A stretch of 61,940 nt of DNA from a virus. The stretch covers positions 1 through 61,940 of the IMG/VR virus record IMGVR_UViG_3300027645_000001; one strand, 5' to 3'. Made by a program: the position numbers and the translations under genes. Every line of letters starts with the position of its first letter. The stretch's first letter is position 1. Of the stretch, positions 1 to 6,975 are shown piece after piece. Under the pieces are notes generated by a model. That model saw only the letters and a program-made list of their open reading frames with translations. It made no database searches and was not told the DNA's origin.

Positions 1-99
1 AGCACGTCGAATCTGGACCCCGCTGAAGGTCTCGCATTGACCGGATTACTGACGGCCATCGTCAATCAGTTGGCCATGGGCAAGGCTGTGGCCGGGACC
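1..99. repeat. Left copy of a 99-bp exact terminal direct repeat (same as 61842..61940). The window is a closed circle or terminally redundant genome with unit length 61841 bp.
   Basis: Both ends read agcacgtcgaatctggaccccgctgaagg...ggcaaggctgtggccgggacc. Position 1 aligns to 61842 and position 99 to 61940. Confidence 0.97.
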
Positions 100-273
100 A
101 CTTTGCTGGGAGCACAACTGACGGCGTTTCTCAACAACATCGCCACTGGCATCACTGCCGGCGCCCAAGCGGAGATCGCGAAGTACGGCTCGGCCGCCGC
201 CGCGAGTGCGGGTGCTGCGGCGGTGGCTGGCTCGCCGCTGGCCGCTAACGTCGCAGTGCCCAAGACTGTGTGA
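1..273 (+). CDS. 3-prime part of a junction-spanning ORF that starts at 61647 (155 aa once the circle is closed). Ala/Gly/Thr-rich hypothetical protein.
   Basis: The frame of track ORF 37..273 is open from base 1 (STSNLDPAEGLALTGLL...). It is in phase with 61647..61940 through the 99-bp overlap. Confidence 0.6.
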   Translation, partial: STSNLDPAEGLALTGLLTAIVNQLAMGKAVAGTTLLGAQLTAFLNNIATGITAGAQAEIAKYGSAAAASAGAAAVAGSPLAANVAVPKTV

Positions 274-806
274 AGATCCAGCTGGCAGCGGGATACGGGT
301 TTATCTCGCGCGGTATCCAATGGTGGGGACATGGCTTCAACGGGTGGTCTCACGCAGATGCCGTCATGGTCACTGGCGAGCTTGCCGGCGCGCGCTCCGA
401 CCGCATCAAGTACAAAGGTGCCTATCTGCCAGCGGGCTGCCAGGTGCGGCCGGCAGATTACGGTGCGGTACGGGCGAAGGGACAGCCAAAGCCGCCCGGG
501 GAGATTTGGCGGCGCCGCACGCTCTTTGAAAAGAAGTGCGGTCCAGAGCTAGATGCCGCGTGGGATAAGTTCTTCCGCGATCGCACAGGCATTGCCTACG
601 ATGAGCGCGGGATCATCAACCTGATGCGAGACCACGCGCCGGAGGATAATGGCGACTGGTACTGCAGCGCTTGGATCCTCGATGGCCTCGAGACGCTGCT
701 ACAGGTCGCCAGCATCTGCTTGCCGATCAGGCAATGCCCACCTGACGTGCTTGGCGCCATAATCTCGGCCACCGGCTGGCTCATCACCGAGGATGAACAG
801 GCGTGA
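270..806 (+). CDS. Candidate cell-wall hydrolase: permuted papain-fold (NlpC/P60-like, YiiX/C92-type) cysteine peptidase
   Basis: GTG start overlaps the upstream stop (GTGA). The His motif WSHADAV precedes the Cys motif DWYCSAWIL, the permuted order. It neighbours the SLT and membrane-protein genes across the junction. Confidence 0.55.
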   Translation: MKIQLAAGYGFISRGIQWWGHGFNGWSHADAVMVTGELAGARSDRIKYKGAYLPAGCQVRPADYGAVRAKGQPKPPGEIWRRRTLFEKKCGPELDAAWDKFFRDRTGIAYDERGIINLMRDHAPEDNGDWYCSAWILDGLETLLQVASICLPIRQCPPDVLGAIISATGWLITEDEQA

Positions 807-841
807 CCACACGGTAATCTTCGCTTCTGTTGGAGAGGTTT

Positions 842-2332
842 ATGAAACTCATCAAGCTTATTGTCGCTTCCGCACTGTTCGTCGGCGCCATGAACGCCTA
901 CGCGCAGTTGTCCATCAACGGTAAAGGCTATACCTGCACTGCGACTAATTGCGCGACCATCTCGTCGTCCAGTTCCAGCAGCTCGTCGTCGTCCAGCTCG
1001 TCGTCGTCGAGCAGCAGCTCGAGCAGTTCCAGCTCGTCGAGCTCGTCCTCAAGTTCCTCTGGCGGCTCCAGCGGCGCTGCAACGATTCCGCCGGCCACGA
1101 GCCTGACCGACAGCAACGGCGCCGTCTGGACTGTCGCGGGCGGCGTGGTGGCAAGAAATGGCGCTCCCGACACGACCACGAAGCAGGTCACGACGCTGCT
1201 GTACTACGGCGGCGTGATCTACCAGTTTTCCACCGTGCCGACCTGGGGCGGCTGGTACGGCTGGATCGGCTCGAAGTGGGTGTTGCAGGCCGGTGATCCG
1301 CGCGGTGGTTCCTCGTCCAGTTCGTCATCGTCATCCAGCGGCGGCTCGTCCAGTTCGTCGTCAAGCTCCTCATCGTCCTCCTCAAGCTCATCCAGCAGCT
1401 CATCCTCCAGTGGCGGCTCGTCGTCCTCAAGCAGCTCGGGCGGATCGTCCAGCGGCGCAGCAAGCCCGCTTCTCCCGTACATCACCGGCCTCGTCGGTCA
1501 GCCCAAGCACATCCTGATCGGCCAGCATGTAGATTACTGGGCCGGCAACCCGATGGGCTCCGTTACGCCGATCCCCACGATGTCAGGCGTCAACGGCAAG
1601 CAGGTCGCCATCCTAGGCACGTCGAACGACTGGGATAACTTTTCTGTCAATTTCGTATCCATGACCAATGCGTGGCTCGCGAAGGGCGGCATCGTCATGG
1701 TGACGCAGGAAGCCCCTACCCCAAGCGGGGCTTTTTCAGATATCTATACGCCGGGAACCGCCGGTTACAGCCAGTGGACTTCATACCTAAACGCGCAGAT
1801 CGCGAAGTTCAAGCAGATCAATGGCACGGTGATCTGGAGACCTTGGACCGAGCCCAATGGCAACCATTTTGGGCACACGGCGACGCCGGCACAGTTCGCT
1901 CAAGCCTTCAGGTTTACCCACGACTACTGCGTCTCTCATGGCTTGAACAACGTGCTGTGGGAGTTCAATCTCAACAACTCATACGGCGGCTCTAATTCTG
2001 ATTACTATCCCGGTGGTCAATACGTCGATATCGTAAGCGTTGACGCCTATCCGCCAACTCTTCAATCCATTGGCGCTCAATACAGCTTTTTCTTAACTAC
2101 CGGTAAGCCGATCATCATTGCCGAAACCGGGAAAACCTGGAACAACGCCGCTCTGAGCCCAGGTACTTACGACAACAGCATCATTCTCAACTACGTGAAG
2201 GCAAACTTCCCGAAGGTCATCGCTATCGTGTTCTGGTGCCAGAACATGGGGCTGAACGTCCAGAACGGCACCAGCACGGTCATGAACGATCCGGCGGCGG
2301 GGACGCTAGCGGATCTGCCGGTGCTGCGTTAG
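842..2332 (+). CDS. Secreted clan GH-A glycoside hydrolase, GH26-like, with two poly-Ser linkers (copy 1)
   Basis: GGAGAGG lies 6 nt before ATG 842 (the track ORF opens at TTG 830). Signal peptide MKLIKLIVASALFVGAMNAYA/Q. A run of 33 Ser follows. The C-terminal domain has WRPWTEPNGNHFGH, DIVSVDAYP and IIIAETG. Confidence 0.7.
   Translation: MKLIKLIVASALFVGAMNAYAQLSINGKGYTCTATNCATISSSSSSSSSSSSSSSSSSSSSSSSSSSSSSSSSGGSSGAATIPPATSLTDSNGAVWTVAGGVVARNGAPDTTTKQVTTLLYYGGVIYQFSTVPTWGGWYGWIGSKWVLQAGDPRGGSSSSSSSSSSGGSSSSSSSSSSSSSSSSSSSSSSGGSSSSSSSGGSSSGAASPLLPYITGLVGQPKHILIGQHVDYWAGNPMGSVTPIPTMSGVNGKQVAILGTSNDWDNFSVNFVSMTNAWLAKGGIVMVTQEAPTPSGAFSDIYTPGTAGYSQWTSYLNAQIAKFKQINGTVIWRPWTEPNGNHFGHTATPAQFAQAFRFTHDYCVSHGLNNVLWEFNLNNSYGGSNSDYYPGGQYVDIVSVDAYPPTLQSIGAQYSFFLTTGKPIIIAETGKTWNNAALSPGTYDNSIILNYVKANFPKVIAIVFWCQNMGLNVQNGTSTVMNDPAAGTLADLPVLR
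962..1060 (+). repeat. Run of 33 consecutive serine codons (mixed TCG/AGC/AGT/TCC)
   Basis: Counted codon by codon in frame with 842..2332. Confidence 0.95.
1310..1453 (+). repeat. Second Ser/Gly low-complexity linker in the same gene
   Basis: Translation is SSSSSSSSSSGGSSSS...GGSSSSSSSGGSSS, lying between a ~75-aa domain and the catalytic domain. Confidence 0.9.
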
Positions 2333-2489
2333 AAGCGTCTCTCTTCAAGCGCTGGGTAATCAAGTATTCCTCGTGCTCGTCTATCTGACGGTGCGCCAGC
2401 TCCCACGCATCAGCCATTTTTGCCGCAGCCTCAGCGCCGACACCAGCAGCGCACCATTTATCTACCAGATCGCCCCATCCCATAATCAT
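2280..2489 (-). CDS. Hypothetical protein (69 aa)
   Basis: AAGGAG lies 7 nt upstream of ATG 2489. The 3-prime end overlaps the convergent GH26-like gene by ~50 nt. Confidence 0.5.
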   Translation of the reverse strand: MIMGWGDLVDKWCAAGVGAEAAAKMADAWELAHRQIDEHEEYLITQRLKRDASNAAPADPLASPPPDRS

Positions 2490-3078
2490 TCACTGTCTCC
2501 TTGCGGTGCTGATGCGTTAGTTGTAAGTAAAATCTATTTTTTGAAACGCGCGGGATGCGCGCTATCTCGATGCCATCTGGGACGTGAGAACGGCGGCTAT
2601 AGCGCTTCCCCGTAGTCGCATCGGCATAGTCAAAACGCGACGTCTTACGTTCTTGATCGGTACGGCCGTCAGATGTCCAATTAGCCGCCTTGTAGATCGT
2701 ACCGACGTGCCCAGCTGACGGATCAGCGTAAGATACCAAGCATTGCATCTCTGGTCGAACGCGTCGGATATACCGCACGGAAGCACCTATCAGAAAGGTC
2801 TCGGCATTCTGAGGAATATCGTCAGCAATCCAAAGGCGAGCTAGTTCCCACGTAACGCCGCCATACCGCTTTGCGGTTTCTCGCGGCGGCAGCGCAAATA
2901 CGATACCGCCGCACAGGACGCCGTCGTGTTTCAATCCAAGGATCAGCACGACGACTCCTGGCCACTTTCCGATGTAATGCAGTTTGATGAATGAATCAAT
3001 ATCGCCTCTTGATACTGGCTCGACGGTACACGCAGCACGCCAGGTTCGATCAAACAATGGTCCCGCTGGCTTAGGCAT
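2458..3078 (-). CDS. GNAT-fold protein of the family I recall as annotated Mom-like (adenine methylcarbamoylation); candidate DNA-modification enzyme
   Basis: Motif chain: LHY..KWPG, GGIVFALPP, WELARLW, NAETFLIG, LVSYADPSAGHVGTIYKAANW. Family assignment is from memory and needs an HMM check. Confidence 0.5.
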   Translation of the reverse strand: MPKPAGPLFDRTWRAACTVEPVSRGDIDSFIKLHYIGKWPGVVVLILGLKHDGVLCGGIVFALPPRETAKRYGGVTWELARLWIADDIPQNAETFLIGASVRYIRRVRPEMQCLVSYADPSAGHVGTIYKAANWTSDGRTDQERKTSRFDYADATTGKRYSRRSHVPDGIEIARIPRVSKNRFYLQLTHQHRKETVNDYGMGRSGR

Positions 3079-3084
3079 ACGCTA

Positions 3085-3195
3085 TTAGGGGTACAGTCGC
3101 TTCACCGCCAGCACCACCATCAGCAGCAGCCCAACGCTTCCCACCACGACAACCGCCTCGATCACCGCAGCAACGATGTAGCCCCCGGGCGTCAT
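3085..3195 (-). CDS. Micro-ORF, 36 aa, single-pass membrane peptide
   Basis: My translation: MTPGGYIVAAVIEAVVVVGSVGLLLMVVLAVKRLYP. Its ATG abuts the stop of the upstream micro-ORF. Confidence 0.45.
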   Translation of the reverse strand: MTPGGYIVAAVIEAVVVVGSVGLLLMVVLAVKRLYP

Positions 3196-3311
3196 CAGTC
3201 TCTCCCGAAAAACAGCCGCCAGAGCATCACCAATCCCCACAGCGCGGCGATGGCGAGGACGACAATGGCGTCGTGGTAGTCGTGGCTAGCGGAGAGTTCG
3301 GAAGGGCTCAT
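3195..3311 (-). CDS. Micro-ORF, 38 aa, single-pass membrane peptide
   Basis: My translation: MSPSELSASHDYHDAIVVLAIAALWGLVMLWRLFFGRD. ATGA overlap with the upstream ORF. Confidence 0.45.
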   Translation of the reverse strand: MSPSELSASHDYHDAIVVLAIAALWGLVMLWRLFFGRD

Positions 3312-3406
3312 GGCAAGTTCTTCAATATGTGCAGCCACAGCGCGAGGCCGCAGAAGAACATCAGCAGCCCGATGATCGTGAGCACGTCTTGAGCGGTGCG
3401 GTTCAT
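3308..3406 (-). CDS. Micro-ORF, 32 aa, single-pass membrane peptide
   Basis: My translation: MNRTAQDVLTIIGLLMFFCGLALWLHILKNLP. ATGA overlap with the upstream ORF. Confidence 0.45.
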   Translation of the reverse strand: MNRTAQDVLTIIGLLMFFCGLALWLHILKNLP

Positions 3407-3567
3407 CGGTGATCGCCTGCCCAGATCACACCAGAAGTGGCCATCGGCAAATAGCCTGGTCCGGCCTCATCAATCGTCGCCGGCACGCAAAACTCACACG
3501 GCGTCGTGGCGTACCAGTAGCCGATCGCCAAGTAGGCGACGGCCAGAATGATCCAAAGCAGCTTCAT
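3403..3567 (-). CDS. Small membrane/secreted protein, 54 aa
   Basis: My translation: MKLLWIILAVAYLAIGYWYATTPCEFCVPATIDEAGPGYLPMATSGVIWAGDHR. GGAGG lies upstream. Confidence 0.55.
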   Translation of the reverse strand: MKLLWIILAVAYLAIGYWYATTPCEFCVPATIDEAGPGYLPMATSGVIWAGDHR

Positions 3568-3620
3568 GAGTACCTCCAGGTAATAAGGACCAGCGCAACG
3601 GACACCGCGATGTCAGTCAT
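3564..3620 (-). CDS. Possible 18-aa coupling micro-ORF
   Basis: MTDIAVSVALVLITWRYS. ATGA overlaps at both ends link 3617..3853 to 3403..3567. Confidence 0.2.
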   Translation of the reverse strand: MTDIAVSVALVLITWRYS

Positions 3621-3853
3621 GGTCTATTTGCCCCCGGCAGGTAGGTATCATCCGTGCTTTCGCATCCCGCATTTTCCCACGCTCTGTGAGCCTTATTCCA
3701 GATAAGGCATTCGCCAGCTACGATAGGGACCACGACGATGAAACTGCTGCGTCTTTTGTACAGTTCGTAGGTAATCGTCACCAGCGTTGCTGCAACCGAG
3801 CCCGCGACGATCGCCAGCCTGACCCAGAGCGGGGCGGATTGGTTGGTGTTCAT
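3617..3853 (-). CDS. Membrane protein, 78 aa
   Basis: Track ORF 3617..3910 trimmed to the ATG 4 nt after the upstream stop. Hydrophobic segment LWVRLAIVAGSVAATLVTI. Confidence 0.5.
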   Translation of the reverse strand: MNTNQSAPLWVRLAIVAGSVAATLVTITYELYKRRSSFIVVVPIVAGECLIWNKAHRAWENAGCESTDDTYLPGANRP

Positions 3854-3857
3854 AGAT

Positions 3858-4160
3858 TCAGCCCGCATCACCGTCGCCCCATAGCGGCCCTGGTCTACAT
3901 GGGCTTCCAAGCTCTATGATCTTCGTGGGCGGCTGCGTTCCATAGTCAGTAACTACCAAGTCGTTACACCATTCCTCGTCGGTTTTGATTGGCACGCAGT
4001 GCGCGTACTCGTTATTATCACTGCTATCCATCACATCGACACCGACTGCCAAGCACTCGGCTTGCGAGGTAAAGCGCTCAGGCAGGTCGCCCTCGGGATA
4101 AGTGGAGCTGGACTGAGAGCCGTCAGAGGCCATCAGAATCAACGTCAGTATCCAACTCAT
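3858..4160 (-). CDS. Secreted small protein, 100 aa
   Basis: Track ORF trimmed to MSWILTLILMASDG..., with GAGGA upstream. Signal-like N-terminus and several Cys. Confidence 0.55.
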   Translation of the reverse strand: MSWILTLILMASDGSQSSSTYPEGDLPERFTSQAECLAVGVDVMDSSDNNEYAHCVPIKTDEEWCNDLVVTDYGTQPPTKIIELGSPCRPGPLWGDGDAG

Positions 4161-4239
4161 GTCATGTTCCTCGCGGTTGATGCATTTTCTCGGGTGTTCC
4201 GGGGCGTTTTGGTGGATGTTCACGACTTCTCGCGCACGG

Positions 4240-4371
4240 TTATTGCGTCTCAGTTTTTGGACAGATGCCGTAGCCGTACTTGGCATGCGCGTACTCGCTT
4301 ACTCCCTGGCACGAAGCCAGCGATGCAATGATGATGGCAATGGAGAGCCATTCCCAATCGATACCCTTCAC
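4240..4371 (-). CDS. Candidate small lipoprotein, 43 aa
   Basis: My translation: VKGIDWEWLSIAIIIASLASCQGVSEYAHAKYGYGICPKTETQ. Lipobox LASC. GTGA overlap with the upstream stop. Confidence 0.4.
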   Translation of the reverse strand: MKGIDWEWLSIAIIIASLASCQGVSEYAHAKYGYGICPKTETQ

Positions 4372-4595
4372 GGCTTCGCCTCCGGTTTGTCATCGAGATT
4401 CTGCCGCTTATCGTCTATAGCCTTCTTCTTCGGGCCGAATGTCGCTCTGCATTCCCCGTATTGGTGTAAGGGGTCTAATCTATTAAGCAGCGCCGATTCA
4501 CAATCTTCAAAACTTGAATACCAATCCATATTAATCATGTAGTCGCACGGATCTGCCTCTAGACAGAAAATCAACATAACCCAAACGAGGATCAT
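4368..4595 (-). CDS. Small exported protein, 75 aa
   Basis: Track ORF. Hydrophobic N-terminus MILVWVMLIFC, Cys-rich. ATGA overlap upstream. Confidence 0.55.
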   Translation of the reverse strand: MILVWVMLIFCLEADPCDYMINMDWYSSFEDCESALLNRLDPLHQYGECRATFGPKKKAIDDKRQNLDDKPEAKP

Positions 4596-4918
4596 GATGG
4601 TTCTCCTGGTTCGGCATCAAGATTATGCTTCTTACCGTCTTGGTACTTCGCCCGTTGGTCGTAGTAGTCGCGGTCCATGACTGGCTCACGCGCTTTTGAG
4701 ACATGCAAACTGGCGCGAGCCATCCAACCTTCATGTAAGGCGTCGCGTAGGCCCATCAACCACGCCGGATGATTTTCCAACTTCTCGCCAGCAGTAACCG
4801 TCCGCTCAAACGTGTTTTTGCGACGGAGCTGGAACCACACCTCAAATATTGCTTCCTCGTCGTGCGTGCTGTAGACACCGCGCCCCCGCTCGATCAGTGT
4901 TCGGTTCTTTGTCACCAC
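4592..4918 (-). CDS. Hypothetical protein, 108 aa
   Basis: GTG start with GGAGGA 8 nt upstream. The N-terminus MVTKNRTLIER is shared with the next gene. Confidence 0.65.
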   Translation of the reverse strand: MVTKNRTLIERGRGVYSTHDEEAIFEVWFQLRRKNTFERTVTAGEKLENHPAWLMGLRDALHEGWMARASLHVSKAREPVMDRDYYDQRAKYQDGKKHNLDAEPGEPS

Positions 4919-4948
4919 TGAACTAGTCCTCCGTTCGCAGATGAGTTA
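4890..4948. repeat. 59-bp repeat copy 1 (RBS plus first ~10 codons of a minus-strand gene)
   Basis: About 90% identical to 5202..5260 when aligned by eye. Confidence 0.85.
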
Positions 4949-5230
4949 ATCCTGAAGCTCGCGTTGCTCGGCAGCCAGTTCGCCGGCAACCCTAACGACG
5001 TGCTCAAGCTGTTCAAGGTCTAGGCTTACGGTGACATCCATGCCGCGGCAGTAGAACACCAGATAGAGCACATCGCTCTCTGAATCTGGATAGGCGCTTG
5101 CGCACTGGAAAGCTCCAGAATCGCGCGCGGTCGGCACCAGTTGTACCGGCGGCAGGGATCGTTTCTTTTTCACGGCTTCGGCTCCTGTGGTAATGCGCCG
5201 GTCGATCAGCGTTCGTTCTTTTGTCACCAC
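4946..5230 (-). CDS. Hypothetical protein, 94 aa
   Basis: Same GTG/RBS cassette as 4592..4918. N-terminus MVTKERTLIDR. Confidence 0.65.
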   Translation of the reverse strand: MVTKERTLIDRRITTGAEAVKKKRSLPPVQLVPTARDSGAFQCASAYPDSESDVLYLVFYCRGMDVTVSLDLEQLEHVVRVAGELAAEQRELQD

Positions 5231-5260
5231 TGAACTACTCCTCCGTTCGCAGATAAGTTA
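5202..5260. repeat. 59-bp repeat copy 2
   Basis: See 4890..4948. Confidence 0.85.
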
Positions 5261-5461
5261 GGTGGATAGCCTGCCATTCGCCTTAATCGCATCTTTATAG
5301 CCCAGAACTTGGCCTTCCAGACTGGCGACCTTGATGCGCAGTTCTTGATTCTCGATGATTGCAGCATCGCGTTCAGCCTTGAGGCGCGCGACTAAGGCTT
5401 CGTCATGCGCAATAGACGCCTCGGATAACTGCCGCAATTGTGCTATCACGTCACTCATCAT
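5258..5461 (-). CDS. Coiled-coil hypothetical protein, 67 aa
   Basis: Track ORF with AAGGAGAG upstream. Confidence 0.65.
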   Translation of the reverse strand: MMSDVIAQLRQLSEASIAHDEALVARLKAERDAAIIENQELRIKVASLEGQVLGYKDAIKANGRLST

Positions 5462-5744
5462 TCTCTCCTTGTGGTAATGCGCCGCCCGCGCCTAGCCTGC
5501 GTTGCCGATGTGCCTTGGTTTCAGTCTCGCAAAAGTTTGCGATCTGGCGCAGGCAATCGTGTTCATAGACCGTTGCCCGCTGCGGGAAGAATGCATACTT
5601 CCTCCACGGGCTATACCAGCCGATCACGCCGACCCTGAAGCCAGTAACTTCGACTGACCACACCATCGTCTTGCCGGACTTCGACGGCACAAACTCGCGG
5701 ATGCTGCACCATTCAGGCATTGTCGTTACCCCTAGTTTAGACAT
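5451..5744 (-). CDS. Hypothetical protein, 97 aa
   Basis: Track ORF; 11-nt overlap with the downstream start. Confidence 0.6.
   Translation of the reverse strand: MSKLGVTTMPEWCSIREFVPSKSGKTMVWSVEVTGFRVGVIGWYSPWRKYAFFPQRATVYEHDCLRQIANFCETETKAHRQRRLGAGGALPQGENDE
5477..5497. repeat. 21-nt repeat, copy 1 (atgcgccgcccgcgcctagcc)
   Basis: 20/21 identical to 5743..5763. Both copies sit just upstream of, or over, minus-strand gene starts. Confidence 0.85.
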
Positions 5745-5763
5745 GCGCCGCCCACGCCTAGCC
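5743..5763. repeat. 21-nt repeat, copy 2 (atgcgccgcccacgcctagcc)
   Basis: See 5477..5497. Confidence 0.85.
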
Positions 5764-5771
5764 GTGAGAGT

Positions 5772-6047
5772 TCACGTTGGCTCATAGGTTGCCTCGAAGA
5801 TGTCAGGAGAGCACGGGTACAGTTCTCCGCCGACCCCGCGAATCAGCCAATGGCCAATCGGCACATTCAGCCATTGACGCTCTTTGATATTCCACACGAC
5901 AACATTTTCAGTATCGTCTGGACCTTCCACATCCTTGGCATCTGCACGGCCCCAATTGTGACCACAGAAATCCTCAAGGCAGCGGTACTCGCCGCCGTTC
6001 CATCGGATCGCTTCGATGACGACTGGTTTCTTGCGGTAGTTAGGCAC
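5772..6047 (-). CDS. Hypothetical protein, 91 aa
   Basis: Track ORF; GTG start with GAGG upstream. Confidence 0.6.
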   Translation of the reverse strand: MPNYRKKPVVIEAIRWNGGEYRCLEDFCGHNWGRADAKDVEGPDDTENVVVWNIKERQWLNVPIGHWLIRGVGGELYPCSPDIFEATYEPT

Positions 6048-6083
6048 TGTTCAATACCTCAGATTTTTGTACTCACGATTGGC

Positions 6084-6269
6084 CTAATCCTTCGGGATGC
6101 ACACTGCTGATAACTCCCCCGTTATCGAGTGCCCGCTGTTGAGAACGCCTTGGCGCAGAGCCGCTGCGGCTTCCAGGCATACCGACTGCGCCACGTAGTC
6201 GATGCGGGCATCGATTGCGCGACCATCGCCCCACAGAATAATCACTAACACCCAGCCAGTTATCAACAT
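6084..6269 (-). CDS. Small membrane protein, 61 aa
   Basis: Track ORF 6084..6437 trimmed to MLITGWVLVIILWG..., with GGAGAA 5 nt upstream. Confidence 0.5.
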   Translation of the reverse strand: MLITGWVLVIILWGDGRAIDARIDYVAQSVCLEAAAALRQGVLNSGHSITGELSAVCIPKD

Positions 6270-6466
6270 GACGTTTCTCCTACGGTTTGAGATAAGTTTT
6301 CGACTCGATCCTTGTCCATCAACACAAGACCGCACCACGGGCAAAAGCGAAACGGCTTGCCGGTGTACAGATCGCGACCGGCGCGGATGCTTTGAAGCAC
6401 GATGGGACCGTTGACCTTCGCGATCTCCGGTTCCCAATCCGCGCAGGTGCAGTACAGATCAGCCAT
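6263..6466 (-). CDS. Cys-rich (zinc-binding-like) protein, 67 aa
   Basis: Track ORF with CTC...FCPWCG cysteine pairs. Confidence 0.6.
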   Translation of the reverse strand: MADLYCTCADWEPEIAKVNGPIVLQSIRAGRDLYTGKPFRFCPWCGLVLMDKDRVENLSQTVGETSC

Positions 6467-6489
6467 TGTCGCTACCTAATGCGGTCTGT

Positions 6490-6975
6490 TCAAAGCAGCG
6501 AATCGCCTCCGCGTGGATCTTCGGGCTCGCCGTCCTCGACCTCCTCCCCGCTCTCCGGCGCAGGCTCGGCAATCGGCAGCTCGGCCTGGTCCGGGTCCGC
6601 GCGAATCTCATCGATGGAGCCTGCGTAGTCCAGCGGCCTGGCGATCACCAGCAGCACGCTCGAGCCCACGTCCTCTACCAGCACATCGAGCCATTGAGCG
6701 ACCGGGGCGAGCTTCAGGCTGGCTTTGATACCATCCTTGATCGCAAGACTCTCCAATGAGCCAGCGAACGAGGTGAAGCCGGCCGATGCGATCTCGCGCA
6801 CGGCCTTTGCGCTGGCCTGAAGCACGCCCATGCGTAGCCGGTCGATGACCGCCTGCTGGGCGGCCTCTGATGTGGAATGCCAGGGCTCTTGAAGCGTCCT
6901 GATCTCATCGACCAGCACGCGCAGCAGATCGCCGGCAAGGTTGGCGGCGGCATGTTCGGTCACATTGTTGCTCAT
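6490..6975 (-). CDS. Hypothetical protein with a strongly acidic C-terminal tail, 161 aa
   Basis: Track ORF. Tail reads ...PESGEEVEDGEPEDPRGGDSLL. Adjacent to the ATPase of the recombination module. Confidence 0.65.
   Translation of the reverse strand: MSNNVTEHAAANLAGDLLRVLVDEIRTLQEPWHSTSEAAQQAVIDRLRMGVLQASAKAVREIASAGFTSFAGSLESLAIKDGIKASLKLAPVAQWLDVLVEDVGSSVLLVIARPLDYAGSIDEIRADPDQAELPIAEPAPESGEEVEDGEPEDPRGGDSLL

Noticed and set aside
962-1060. Poly-Ser codon runs as a CRISPR-like or tandem DNA repeat array
   Set aside because: The run is in frame within a well-supported gene, uses mixed Ser codons and has no spacer structure. It is a protein linker.
2545-2562. GC hairpin next to a T/A run as a bidirectional terminator between the convergent operons
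   Set aside because: It lies inside the Mom-like coding sequence. On either strand the U-run is on the wrong side or only 3 nt long.
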